Assembly: GCF_017348835.2 (NCBI RefSeq)
Contig: NZ_CP072315.1
Strand: one strand, 5' to 3'
DNA: 64,000 bases
Source: Escherichia coli
GTDB taxonomy: Bacteria > Pseudomonadota > Gammaproteobacteria > Enterobacterales > Enterobacteriaceae
The notes beneath the pieces are model-generated. The model was not told the origin of the DNA. It searched no databases and saw only the letters and a program-made list of their open reading frames with translations. Positions within the stretch are counted from its first letter, which is position 1, and each line of letters starts with the position of its first letter. Of the stretch, positions 37,018 through 48,067 are shown in pieces. A program made the position numbers and the translations under genes.

Positions 37018-37875
37018 GTGAAAAAGTTACTTTTCCCTTTAATGGCGGCTTTCGCCATTATGGCGAATACGGTCACTTATGCTTCAGAGCAGGTCCTAAC
37101 TAATAGTGATGCTGCTGCGTTAATGGCAAAGGCAAAGGAAGGCGGCGTTTCACCCAGTCAGATCTCGGGTGCGTTATCAAAAATGAAAGGATATAAACCT
37201 AAGGATGCCATATACATTCCTTCTGGTGGGCTATACCTCTTTCAGGACGAGCGTTCGCAGCTAATGGCAGTAACGACCGATGGCCGATACTCCCTTACTG
37301 GGGGAAGCCTTGTTGATGTAATTAAACGTAAACCTGTTCTGACTGTAGAAGAAATCAGAAATTCCTATTTTATTAGTCTTGATGAGGCCCCCTTCCCTCT
37401 GGAAACTGTAGCGTCCATTCATCTGGGAAATTCAAAGCTTAAGAGACAAGCAGCCATTTTCTTAACACTTGATTGTGACGGTTGCATGGAACTTGTTAAG
37501 AAATTTTATGCAGATCGGGACAAGTATCGGATAGATATTGTTTTAGTTCCCTCACCCGGTGAGCCAAAAGAAGAGCTTAGAAGGCTCTGGTGTAGTAAAG
37601 AAAAAGGAAAAATAAACAACCTCGATATTCTTCGTTGGCTAATGGGAAGCAAATCCGACATTGAAAAAAGATTGCTCTCTCAAAAAGAAGCAGAAGAATG
37701 TCCGGCGGAACCTTTGGTAGCGTCATTGATGCTCGCAGGAATTTATAAATTGCAGGGTGTACCTTCAGTTGTCAGACAGGATGGTTTGGCTGGTAATGGC
37801 ATTCCAAAAGATTTCGACTACTGGTTGAACCAAAGCGTTGAACCTCTCTTAAAAAATCCATTTGAGACAAATTAA
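37018..37875 (+). CDS. periplasmic thioredoxin-fold thiol:disulfide interchange protein (DsbC/TrbB-like)
   Basis: GTG start with signal peptide VKKLLFPLMAAFAIMANTVTYA; CDGC active-site-like motif; the track start at 36892 would overlap the upstream gene by more than 100 nt. Confidence 0.55.
   Translation: MKKLLFPLMAAFAIMANTVTYASEQVLTNSDAAALMAKAKEGGVSPSQISGALSKMKGYKPKDAIYIPSGGLYLFQDERSQLMAVTTDGRYSLTGGSLVDVIKRKPVLTVEEIRNSYFISLDEAPFPLETVASIHLGNSKLKRQAAIFLTLDCDGCMELVKKFYADRDKYRIDIVLVPSPGEPKEELRRLWCSKEKGKINNLDILRWLMGSKSDIEKRLLSQKEAEECPAEPLVASLMLAGIYKLQGVPSVVRQDGLAGNGIPKDFDYWLNQSVEPLLKNPFETN
37022..37034. promoter_or_regulatory. palindrome site AAAAGTTACTTTT (dispersed family)
   Basis: Read directly at the start of the DsbC-like gene. 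Confidence 0.35.
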
Positions 37876-37884
37876 GGCTAGTTT

Positions 37885-38835
37885 ATGAACATCAAAAGAT
37901 TGGTACTCAGTGCTCTGGTTGTAGGTACATCCTCATATCTTACGGGGTGCTCCATCGGGAGTTCCGAATCCGAATGTCCAGGCATTGAAAAGGGCGTTAT
38001 CTGTAAAGGTCCTCGCGAAGTTATGGAGTTAACTAATAATCGAGATGATCTGTCTGCACTTGCGGGGGAAGAGTCGGAATCGGGAAAGGAGAAATCGGCT
38101 GTCAATGACAGCCGTTATCCAACTGAAATTAGCCCTCCAGGGGAAGTCAAATATCCACAGTCTACAACCCTTAAAAATCAGCCTGTGGCTTATTCAAAAA
38201 CCGAAATTAAGCCAGTTGGTCAGTTACCTGTCATGTACGATAAAACTTTAAAAATGGGTGCCCCTACTTCATCCATTGGACCACGGCCTATTTCTGGTGT
38301 ACCGGTTAATTCAAACGTAAGGATGACTAGCAGTTATAGCACTGCCTCTTCAGCTGGTAACCCTTTCGTTCATCCGGCTGCGGAAGTCGTTAAACAAACA
38401 AGCTATCCGGTTTCTGCTGGAAATGCACCACGCTACGTTGCACCTAATTCTGATATCAGCCCTGGCAAGGATATGTACTCTCTTTACAATGGCCAGCCCG
38501 TTAACCCTACTCTCAACACTGGGCAGATCCAGCAATACCGTTCGCAAGGTTATAAACAAGCTGTAGTGGCTCCTGAACCACTTGCTGTTCTGCAACAGGG
38601 GAAAGTAATGAGAATTACTTTTGCACCTTATACCGATGATAACGATGCGCTTAATCTTCCCGGCTACGTTTATGTCAACGTAAAACCGCAAACATGGATT
38701 GCTGGCAAGAATTCGACCTCAAACCCAGCTCGCATAGTTCCTTTAGAAGTACAGGATGCGGCCCGGGAAAATATGCAGCAGCAACAAAAAGCAACTAAAG
38801 CTGTCTCTTCGAACGGCATTGTTAGACAACTGTAA
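37885..38835 (+). CDS. trhV: TraV/TrhV-like outer-membrane lipoprotein
   Basis: Lipobox LTGC after signal peptide; position before the traC homolog. Confidence 0.6.
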   Translation: MNIKRLVLSALVVGTSSYLTGCSIGSSESECPGIEKGVICKGPREVMELTNNRDDLSALAGEESESGKEKSAVNDSRYPTEISPPGEVKYPQSTTLKNQPVAYSKTEIKPVGQLPVMYDKTLKMGAPTSSIGPRPISGVPVNSNVRMTSSYSTASSAGNPFVHPAAEVVKQTSYPVSAGNAPRYVAPNSDISPGKDMYSLYNGQPVNPTLNTGQIQQYRSQGYKQAVVAPEPLAVLQQGKVMRITFAPYTDDNDALNLPGYVYVNVKPQTWIAGKNSTSNPARIVPLEVQDAARENMQQQQKATKAVSSNGIVRQL

Positions 38836-38843
38836 GGTCAAAT

Positions 38844-41525
38844 ATGGAAGCTATCAATAATTACAATAGCGGTTTAAATCGCCATCAATTAGGTGGGTTT
38901 ATCCCTGTTTACGATCAATTAGCAGGGACTCACTATTTTTTGATTGATGGCAACAGATTAGGGTTTATGTTTATCTGTAATCCATCACCTGGAGTTTTTG
39001 ATAATCAGCAAGATGTTCTTGCTGAAATGTTCAAAATGGATTTTCCTACAGATACTGTCTGTCAAATATCTCTGACTGCATTGCCAGACTTGACTTTACA
39101 GCTTAGTGCTTGGTCAGCTGTGCGAGGTGGGCGTATGACTGGGAACGATAAGCTTAAAGCAGATCTGCTTAATGGTTATCAGTTGGACTACTACGACAGA
39201 AGTATGCATAAGCCTTTAAAACCTGATCATGATAACCTTATGTTGAGGGATTTTCAGGTATGGATCTCGCTATCGATTCCTTTACAGTCTGCCCTTCCTA
39301 CCGAGCTGGAACATTCGCGTATCGATTCACTTTACTCTGAACTTGTAAGTAAGTTAATTACGATTGGACTGCATCCGATTAAGGTCGATGCAGAAAACTG
39401 GCTCTATTGTATAGATAAGGTCGTAAACCCCGGAAAGAACTCTCGGTGGGCTGAAGGTTTTATAGACGTTAACACTATGAAAAGGCTTAATGAACAAGTT
39501 AACGTTCCCGGCCGTAAGTATACAGTCACAGAAAATCATTTCTCATCAGTCACACAAAGTGACGACGAATCTGAGCATCGTTACTTCAAACAACTTTCCG
39601 TTGTAAAGTTTCCTGAATACGTCAATTTCGGTTGTATGTATGAGTTAGTAGTTAACTGGATGCATGGACGTAAGACAATTTTCAGCCCATTTATGATCAC
39701 TCAGACTGTTCAGTTTGCCGATCCGCTCAAGTTGTCAAAAGAAAACGTCCGCTACAAAGCAATCACTAATAAACAGGCAAGTATACCTTCAGTTGTCACA
39801 TTCTGCCCTCGCCTGCGGGATATGGATAATGACTACATGGCCGTAACTCGCGAGCTTGAGGATGGCGCAAAGCTTTTAAGAGGGTATCTTACTTTCACTG
39901 TTATGGGTAGTAATGCCAATTCTGTGCAGACAGCAGCTAACGATCTCAAATCCTTTTACCTCGAAAGCCGGGTCAAAGTAGCAGATGATTCCTTTATCGT
40001 TTTCCCGTCATTTATGTCATGTCTGCCAATGTGCAATGACCCAAAGACAATTTTCGACCTTGACCGATCCGAAGTAGTGAGCAACACCGGAGCGGCTCAT
40101 ATGACGCCGATCTTTGGGCCCTGGAAAGGTAATACAGATAGACCAGTACTGAGTTTAGTTTCTCGTGAAGGTCAACTCATGGGACTTGATATTTTCAAGA
40201 CTTCTGCAAGCTATAACATGGTTATTGGTGCAACGTCAGGTGCAGGCAAGTCATTCTGGACAGCATATCTAATCAATAACTATCTTGGAGCTGGACCGCG
40301 ATCTAATAACCTCGTTCATTATCGCTCAACATTTAAGCATTTTTTAGAAAACGAATACCCAGATGATGATCCTGATGGTGCTCAAGTTTTTGTAGTGGAC
40401 GTGGGGCGTTCTTACCAGGGGATTGCGGAACAATATACAAACAGTCAATTTATTGATTTCGGTAAAACCCCTGACTTCACCCTAAATCCCTTTGCCTTCC
40501 TAACTGACATCACTGTTAACGACGATGTATTTAACGAAGCACCTGAATTTACCGGTGAATCAACTTCAAACGATGCAGAAAAAGACAAAGTTGCTCAGAC
40601 CATAATGGTTCTGAATCAGCTAAAAATTATGGCTTCAGAGAAAGGCCTTATCGATGATTATCAACAATCAGTGATGCTTCAGCTTATTGCAGAAGAGTAC
40701 CAGGAATCCAGAAAATCAGGTCGGACCGGTTCAATAACCGGCTTTGCTCTGCGTTGCAAGAAGCATGAAGACAAACGTATAAAGGATATTGGGGAGCAAC
40801 TCGGAGCATGGTGCGAAGGTGGAATTTATGGGCACCGGTTTACCGATACGTTGCCTCCAATCAACTTCGACAGCAGATTTATTGTTTTGGAACTGGAGGA
40901 GCTAAAAGGCACCCCCCACCTTCAGACAGTTGTTTTAATGTCTATCATTCAGGCTGCTCAGCATGCAATGTTCATCAAAAAAGATGGGCGTCGTCGCTTG
41001 TTCATCCTAGATGAAGCTTGGGAGTACATTCGTCCTGATAATTCATCAGGTGCCGGAAATCAATCAAACCAATTCTTCTCTTCCTTCCTCGAAGCGGCAT
41101 GGCGTAGGTTCAGGAAAACAAACTGCGCTGGCATCTGTATCACACAGTCGTTTGAAGATTATTTTACTTCTTCTGTTGGCCGGGCCCTGACTGCTAACTC
41201 GCCTTGGAAGATAATCATGAAACAAGAAAAAGAAAGCATTGAAGCAATGAAGGCTAATAAATATTTTTCTACTTCAGATGCAGAATATGAACGAATGAAA
41301 AATATTCGTACAGTCAAAAAGGTGTTTTCAGAGATGTTAGTCAGGTTCGAAAACTTCCAAGAGATCTGTCGGTTATACGTAGACCGGAAAATGGAGCTTT
41401 GTTTTACTACGGATAGTGCTGACAGGAGTAAATTATGGGAAATTCAAAGCCGCGAGAATTGTAGCTATGGCGAGGCAATAGAAATTCTCTATGCTCAAGA
41501 AGTAGCAGCGGGTTTGGCCGCGTAG
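38844..41525 (+). CDS. trhC: TraC/TrhC-like T4SS ATPase (VirB4 family)
   Basis: 893 aa; Walker A GATSGAGKS; Walker B-like LFILDEAWEY. Confidence 0.8.
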   Translation: MEAINNYNSGLNRHQLGGFIPVYDQLAGTHYFLIDGNRLGFMFICNPSPGVFDNQQDVLAEMFKMDFPTDTVCQISLTALPDLTLQLSAWSAVRGGRMTGNDKLKADLLNGYQLDYYDRSMHKPLKPDHDNLMLRDFQVWISLSIPLQSALPTELEHSRIDSLYSELVSKLITIGLHPIKVDAENWLYCIDKVVNPGKNSRWAEGFIDVNTMKRLNEQVNVPGRKYTVTENHFSSVTQSDDESEHRYFKQLSVVKFPEYVNFGCMYELVVNWMHGRKTIFSPFMITQTVQFADPLKLSKENVRYKAITNKQASIPSVVTFCPRLRDMDNDYMAVTRELEDGAKLLRGYLTFTVMGSNANSVQTAANDLKSFYLESRVKVADDSFIVFPSFMSCLPMCNDPKTIFDLDRSEVVSNTGAAHMTPIFGPWKGNTDRPVLSLVSREGQLMGLDIFKTSASYNMVIGATSGAGKSFWTAYLINNYLGAGPRSNNLVHYRSTFKHFLENEYPDDDPDGAQVFVVDVGRSYQGIAEQYTNSQFIDFGKTPDFTLNPFAFLTDITVNDDVFNEAPEFTGESTSNDAEKDKVAQTIMVLNQLKIMASEKGLIDDYQQSVMLQLIAEEYQESRKSGRTGSITGFALRCKKHEDKRIKDIGEQLGAWCEGGIYGHRFTDTLPPINFDSRFIVLELEELKGTPHLQTVVLMSIIQAAQHAMFIKKDGRRRLFILDEAWEYIRPDNSSGAGNQSNQFFSSFLEAAWRRFRKTNCAGICITQSFEDYFTSSVGRALTANSPWKIIMKQEKESIEAMKANKYFSTSDAEYERMKNIRTVKKVFSEMLVRFENFQEICRLYVDRKMELCFTTDSADRSKLWEIQSRENCSYGEAIEILYAQEVAAGLAA

Positions 41526-41553
41526 AGTAAATATCTTCAAGCAAAAACAATTA

Positions 41554-41585
41554 AACCAGATGTCTCATAAGAATCTGGTTTTTTA
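41554..41585 (+). terminator. rho-independent terminator after trhC
   Basis: Hairpin AACCAGAT-11nt-ATCTGGTT followed by TTTTTT. Confidence 0.6.
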
Positions 41586-41949
41586 TTGTATGCCTTAAGT
41601 AAACAAATGAGGTTATGACTTAATGAGTTCATCACTGTGCTGCAAATTTTGGTTTTATAATTAATATGGCTTAAAAACAGTGACATAATTACAAATCGCA
41701 TTTAGGTTGTGTACGCATTAAGTAAACAAAATTTATAACATCAATACTGACTTTATAAGATGAAATTCACGTAAATTACATTTTTGTTTACCAAAGGTAA
41801 TCAAAGGAGCGCGGCATTATTAGTGAAAACAGATCACTGGTGTCATATTGCATACAAAACTTAATATCCTTTAATCATTCTTCTAAAAGTTTAATATTAA
41901 CGCTTTGGTTTATGAAAATTTATCCAATTTGCTCACCGAAGACTTTTAA

Positions 41950-44900
41950 CTTATTTAACCCCCTTTATCGCCAATCTGTGATTTTCTAATGTTAGCCTAC
42001 AGTTCTAGGGCCCTTGCTCCCATGATGCGAATCCTTCCACCTAATAAAGATTAACGCCTCATTCCTGTATGCCGGTCTTACGACGCCAGTGCACGGACAA
42101 TTTTTGGTCATCACAAGGCCAGGCGGGAGATTTAATCAGGGCGTGGTGTTCCTTAGCAGCAGCTGCGGCACTGTAAGCCGAAGGCGGAATTAACTCCTTT
42201 ATCGCCATCTGGGGACGTCATTAGGGGTACCCCTTTTAACTTGCTCAGGACCATTAAGCTAAAATTCCGGATAGTGATTGACGTAAGATTTAGGCTAAGC
42301 AGGTAAAGTGATCCCCGCTCCCGGGGTGACCACTTTATACAAAAGGCCGATCGGAAGATTGTCCTTAGGGAAATATTCCTTTAACACAGCACGGGCACTT
42401 ACTGCCGCTGCCGGATTTAACCCCCTTAATCGCCAAACTGGGGTACTGTCCTGATGCTGGCCTTCAGTTCTGGGCTGGGTGGCTATCACTTCCTCCCATA
42501 ATGCGAAATGTAACTGCTGATACAGATTAACGTCATATTCCTGCGTGCCGGTCTGCCAACACCAGTGCACGGGCTTTTTTCGGTCATCACATTACCGGGC
42601 AGGAGATTTTATCAGGGCGTGGTGTGACTGAGCAGAAGCTGGGGCACTGTCAGCAGCTTGCAGATTTAACCCCCTTAATCGCCAAACTGGGATTCTGGTC
42701 TGATATTGACCTTCCGTGCTGGGCGGGGTTCGGTTTGCTAACACTTACTCCCATGATACGAAATGTGCCTGCTGATACAGATTAAAATCACATTACTGCA
42801 TACCGGTCTGCCGACACCGGTGCATGGGCGATTTCCGACGATCTCAAGAACATATGGGAGATTATATCAGGGAGAGTAGTATGCCTGAGCAGCATCTGAA
42901 GGCACTGTCAGCCGCTGTCAGATTTAACCCCCTTAATCGCCAAACTGGTGTTCTGTCCTCATGCAGGCCTTCAGTTCTGAGCTGGGTTGCTATCACTTGC
43001 TCCCATAATGCGAAATGTACCTGCTGATACAAATTAACGTCGTATTCCTGTATGCCGGTCTGCCGACACCAGTGCTCGGGCTATTTTCGGTCCTAACAAG
43101 ACCTGGCGAGAGATTTAATCAGGGCGTGGTGTGACTGAGCAGCAGCTGGGGCACTGTTATCCGCTTGCAGATTTAACCCCCTTAATCGCCACACTGGGGT
43201 TCAGTCCTGATAGTGTCCTTCCGTCCTGGGCTCGGTTGCTAACACTTGCTCCCATTGCGCCTGCTGATACAGATTAAAGTCACATTACTGCATACCGATC
43301 TGCCGACTCCGGTGCATGGCTTTTTCCGATAATCACAAGGACGGACGGGTGATTTTATCGTTGCATAGTATGTCTGAGCAGCATCAGAAGGCTCTGTCAG
43401 CCACTGGCAGATTTAACCCCCTTAATCTCCAAACTGGGATCAGTCCTGATAGTGTCCTTCCGTCCTGGGCAGGGTTGCTAACACTTGCTCCCATGATACG
43501 AAATGCGCCAGCTGATACAGATTAACGTCTCATTACTCCATGCCGGTCTGCCGAAACTGGTGCATAGCTTTTTTCGATATTCGCATGAACAGACGCTTGA
43601 TTTTTTCAGGTTGTAATATACCTGAGCAGCATCTGAAGGCACTTTCAGTCGCTGTCAGATTTAACCCCCTTAATCGCCAATCTGGGATTTTCTGATGTTA
43701 ACCTACAGTTCAAGGCCCTTGCTCCCATGATGCGAACCTTGCAACCTGATAAAGATTTAAGCTTCATTCCTGTATGCCGGTCTTACGACTCTAGTGCACG
43801 GGGACTATTTTCGGTCATAATAAGACCTGGCGGGAGATTTAATCAGGCGTGGTGTGACTGAGCAGAAGCTGGGGCACTGTCAGCCGCTGGCAGATTAAAA
43901 CCCTTTATTCGCCATCTCAAGACGTCATTATGGGTAGTCCTTTTAACTTTCTAAGGACCATTAAGCTTAAACTCCGTTTAGAGAATGACGTAAGATTTAG
44001 GCTAAGCAGGTTAAGTGATCCCCGCTCCCGGGTTGAACACTTTATTCATCGTACGAGCGAAAGATTGTCCTTCGGGAAATATTTCTTATACACCGCTCGG
44101 GCACTTACAGCCACTGGCGGATTTAACCCCCTTAATCGCCAAACTGGGGTACTGTCCTGATGCTGGCCTTCAGTTCTGGGCTGGGTGGCTATCACTTGCT
44201 CCCCTAATGCGAAATGTGTCTGTTAATACAGATTAACGTCATTTTCCTGCGTGCCGGTCTGCCGACACCAGTGCACGGCCTTTTTTCGGTCATTACATTA
44301 CCGGGCAGGAGATTTTATCAGGGCGTGGTGTTACTGAGCAGGAGCTGGGGCACTATCAGCAGCTTGCATATTTAACTCCCTTAATCGCCAAACTGGTGTT
44401 CTGTCCTCATGCTGGCCTTCAGTTCTGGGCTGGGTTGCTATCTCTTGCTCCCATAATGCGAAATGTATCTGCTGATACAGATTAACGTCATATTCCTGTA
44501 TGCCGGTCTGCCGACACCAGTGCTTGGGCTATTTTCGGTCATAACAAGACCTGGCGAGAGATTTACTCAGGGCGTGGTGTGACTGAGCAGCAGCTGGGGC
44601 ACTGTCATCCGCTTGCAAATTTAACCCCCTTAATCGCCAAACTTGGGTTTTGTCCTGATGCTGGCCTTCCGTTCTGGGCGGGGTTGCTATCACTTGCTCC
44701 CATCATGCGAAAAGTGCCTGCTGATACAGATTAACGTCATATTCCTTCATGCCGGTCTGCCGACACAAATGCACGGGCTTTTTTCGGTCCTTACAATACC
44801 GGGCAGGAGATTTAATCAGGGCGTGGTGTGACTGAGCAGCAGCTAGGACACTGTCAGCCGCTGGCAGATTTAACCCCCTTAATCGCCACACTGGGGTTGC

Positions 44901-45000
44901 CTCCTGAAGTTGGGTTTCAGTTCTGGGCTAGGTTGCTAACTCTGCTCCCATAATTCGTAGTGGGCCTACTCAAGAGATTAACACCTCATATCTTTAGACT
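41950..45000. repeat. tandem array of about 13 diverged direct repeats of ~235-257 bp (at least three unit subtypes, higher-order duplication)
   Basis: Anchor CAGATTTAACCCCCTTAATCGCCAAACTGGG recurs at about 41955, 42416, 42664, 42921, 43171, 43411, 43660, 44121, 44371, 44620, 44868; every unit contains TCGCCA and ATTTAAC. Confidence 0.8.
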
Positions 45001-45361
45001 GGACTGACGACAACGATTCACAGTTAGGAAACGTAAATCAGCACACCGGTGAGATAGATTTTAGGGTCTAAGCAAGAAATAGGGTAGGCGTGAAGATTCA
45101 TTAATGGAGCTCATAACGTCAAAGCGTAGAGAAGTCGACAAGAATCGTGGTTTAAAAAGAATGAGCATTAGGTATGGACTAGAGAGTCTGAGCTCTCATC
45201 TGCAAGTTAAGCTCACAAAAAATCATAAAAAAGTAAACAAACATTAGCTTAGGATTGAAACAAAGGATAGAATTGTACGTATAACAATGAAATGGACGCA
45301 TTATGCGTAAAGTTTACATATATGCGTAAAAGTCGGTTTTCAGTGCAAAAAGGTCATAACC

Positions 45362-46615
45362 ATGAATTTACTTGAAAAGATCGCCCTCGTTGGTCAGCGC
45401 ATGAAAAGCGAGCAGATTTCTCTTAAGGAATCTCTGATGGCTTCATCAAGAGTATCTGTTTCTGATGATAGTGTTGATGGTGTTGATAGACTGATCTACA
45501 ACCACTGTTTAAATAAAAAAAATCTCTCTGATTTTTTTGGGAAGTCACGAGTAACGTTCAATAAAATACTTTCGGACTTAGAAGAAAAAGAAGTTGTTGG
45601 TGCACCTATTTATCAAAACAAAAATCATCTTTACACCCGCTGGGATGTTCAAAAAATAATGGATGCCCTGGGTTATCCCAAGTACCGCGATCATTACTTT
45701 AGCAGAGCTATTGTTACTCAGAATCATAAAGGCGGTACAGGGAAAAGCACTACATCTGTAGCTTTAGCAGTAGCAGCTGCTTTAGATCTACAACTGAATG
45801 CACGTGTATTAATGATCGAATGGGACCCACAAGGTTCGATTGGAAGCAGCATGATTCAAAGTGTCTCAGAAGATGATGTCTTCCTTACAGCAATTGATGC
45901 AATCCTTGGAATTTATGAAGAAAATTCTGAGTATAAAAAATATTTAGATTCAGGATTCTCTGAAGAAGAAATCATCACTAATATGCCTTTTTCAACGCAT
46001 CTGCCAAACTTGGACGTGATAACGGCATTTCCGACAGATGCTCGTTTTAAAGATAAATACTGGCAATGTTCTAGAGAAGAACGAACGTCTTTGTTACTAC
46101 GTTTCAAGGAAGTTATCTTACCGGTACTGAAGCAGAACTATGATTTGATTATTATAGACACTCCACCTGAAGATTCACCTTTGATCTGGGCTGCTGACGA
46201 AGCGGCCGATGGGATTCTTGTCGCAGTGTCACCACGTGAATATGATTACGCCTCTACTACAGACTTCATGCTTACAATAAGTGAAAGGTTTAAACAATCA
46301 CCAAGTAAGGGCGATAATTTAAAATGGTTCAAAGTTCTTGCTGTCAATGTTGATGACAAAAGTCCATATGAAAGAATAGTTTTGGATAAATTAATCAGAA
46401 CTGTTCAGGACCTTTTGATGTCCGCTAACATAAAAAATTCTGAAGCATTTAAGGCAGCTGCTTCCAAAGGGCGTACAGTGCTTGATATCAAAAAATCAGA
46501 GGAACTTTGTTCCGCAAAGCAACTTGATGTCGCAGAAGAATCTGTATTACAGGTATATCAACAATTTATAAATGAAATAAAAAGTTTTTCAGCTAAGCAA
46601 GGAGTTAACGCATGA
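45362..46615 (+). CDS. parA: type Ia partition ATPase ParA (SopA/P1 ParA-like, with N-terminal extension)
   Basis: Deviant Walker A KGGTGKST; 417 aa. Confidence 0.8.
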   Translation: MNLLEKIALVGQRMKSEQISLKESLMASSRVSVSDDSVDGVDRLIYNHCLNKKNLSDFFGKSRVTFNKILSDLEEKEVVGAPIYQNKNHLYTRWDVQKIMDALGYPKYRDHYFSRAIVTQNHKGGTGKSTTSVALAVAAALDLQLNARVLMIEWDPQGSIGSSMIQSVSEDDVFLTAIDAILGIYEENSEYKKYLDSGFSEEEIITNMPFSTHLPNLDVITAFPTDARFKDKYWQCSREERTSLLLRFKEVILPVLKQNYDLIIIDTPPEDSPLIWAADEAADGILVAVSPREYDYASTTDFMLTISERFKQSPSKGDNLKWFKVLAVNVDDKSPYERIVLDKLIRTVQDLLMSANIKNSEAFKAAASKGRTVLDIKKSEELCSAKQLDVAEESVLQVYQQFINEIKSFSAKQGVNA

Positions 46616-47616
46616 GCGATGAGCAACATATCGGGAATGATAAATCTCGATATTTAAACGCACCAAAGCGGACAGAAGTCGGTCACCGTTCAGGTCTTGC
46701 GGGTTTGAAAACAGCACCTCGCATAAAAAAGTTATTCACTCTTCATAAGGGCCGAAGACTTGAAGCGGAACATGTGATTGTTCCAGCCCAGAGAGTGGAG
46801 AAGGAGACCTTAGTCCATCCAGCAAACCCACGAAATCAAGAAGCCCTTACAGATTATTCTGTTAGAGATATTCTTAAGCAGATTGAAGAAAGAGGGGTCG
46901 ATACCGAAGGGATCGCTGTAAAAAGAGATGGGGTTTATTTATTAATAGAAGGAAGTCGCAGACGTTTCTGCTGTATAAAGGCAGAAAAGGATCTCCCCCT
47001 GTGGGTACTACCGGATGAACTAACCGAAGATGATATAAATTCAATTATATCCGCAGCACAAACATCTCGAAAATTTTCATATAGAGAAGTTGGGTTTCAA
47101 TTTATCAAGAAAATGGAAGAAAAGGGATTTTCTACTAATGAAGAACTCGCAGCATATCTTGGGATTAGTCATGTATCGGTAGCCAAAAGAATCCAGGCGG
47201 CACGTATTGACGAAACATTGATCTCTTTATTCCCGGATTATGAAGGAATACCGAACTCCTATTATAGTCGCTTGTCTCGTTTACAGAAATATGTGCAAAA
47301 AAATCTATTTCCTTTAGATGAAGTAATAGATAATGTTAAAGAGGAAACAAAAGATTTAGACATTGGAGATCTCCAAGTTGCCCAAAAAGTTGTAATGGAG
47401 AAAATCACACAATCTGTGGAAAGTGTTTGTGAAAAATCTTATTCCACAAAATGGGAAACAAGTGATCTTATTACTTTTGATAACAAAGATAAGTATGCAA
47501 GAATCAGTAAAAACAATACTGGAAGAAAAATTCGCATTGAATTCAATAGGATAAGTGCGGGTTTTATTAAGGAGCTAGAGGAGTTCATAAAAGAAAAATT
47601 AAAAGTATCAGAATAA
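46612..47616 (+). CDS. parB: partition protein ParB (centromere-binding)
   Basis: ATGA overlap with parA; ParB box-like LLIEGSRRRF; 334 aa. Confidence 0.7.
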   Translation: MSDEQHIGNDKSRYLNAPKRTEVGHRSGLAGLKTAPRIKKLFTLHKGRRLEAEHVIVPAQRVEKETLVHPANPRNQEALTDYSVRDILKQIEERGVDTEGIAVKRDGVYLLIEGSRRRFCCIKAEKDLPLWVLPDELTEDDINSIISAAQTSRKFSYREVGFQFIKKMEEKGFSTNEELAAYLGISHVSVAKRIQAARIDETLISLFPDYEGIPNSYYSRLSRLQKYVQKNLFPLDEVIDNVKEETKDLDIGDLQVAQKVVMEKITQSVESVCEKSYSTKWETSDLITFDNKDKYARISKNNTGRKIRIEFNRISAGFIKELEEFIKEKLKVSE

Positions 47617-47621
47617 ATATT

Positions 47622-47646
47622 GAACTGCATCTTTATGATGCAGTTC
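47622..47646. terminator. perfect 10-bp-stem hairpin between convergent parB and downstream operon
   Basis: GAACTGCATC-TTTAT-GATGCAGTTC; AT-rich flanks. Confidence 0.4.
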
Positions 47647-47677
47647 ATATGATTTATATTTTTAATTTCTTGTTATA

Positions 47678-48067
47678 TTAATATGGGGTGTGCGCAGGTT
47701 CAGACATATAAGGTCTTAGTTCTATATGAACAGAAGCGCCATTCCCATCATTTACTACGTTTAAAGGTGCTTTGCCCGGCAATGACATAGTTGCAACGTC
47801 AGGTCCAGAAACAGCAAAATTATTTTCTGCTGAAGGCATTACTGTAAAAATCTTTATAGCAACATTTTCATGTCTAAATAAAGAAATCCCAAAAGTAGAA
47901 CCAGCTTCGGTATTGCTCACGTCCACAACCACAGGGGTTTTTCCTAGATATTCATTAGTTAGTATGTTTTTTACTAATGCCCCTTCCGGGACAGTATAGA
48001 TACGGTATGGATATGCTAAAACTGAGTGACAAAAACATAATAAAATAACAATTAATGTTTTTTTCAT
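47678..48067 (-). CDS. secreted protein (129 aa)
   Basis: Signal peptide MKKTLIVILLCFCHSVLA; last gene of the four-gene operon. Confidence 0.5.
   Translation of the reverse strand: MKKTLIVILLCFCHSVLAYPYRIYTVPEGALVKNILTNEYLGKTPVVVDVSNTEAGSTFGISLFRHENVAIKIFTVMPSAENNFAVSGPDVATMSLPGKAPLNVVNDGNGASVHIELRPYMSEPAHTPY

Noticed and set aside
42824-44236. Small ORFs inside the 245-bp repeat array (42824-43027, 43316-43525, 43930-44160, 44015-44236)
   Set aside because: Frames and stops are not conserved between units; peptide similarity is explained by DNA repetition.
47622-47646. Palindrome downstream of parB as the parS centromere
   Set aside because: A single 10-bp-stem hairpin between convergent genes is more simply a terminator; the centromere candidates are the 245-bp array and the dispersed palindrome.
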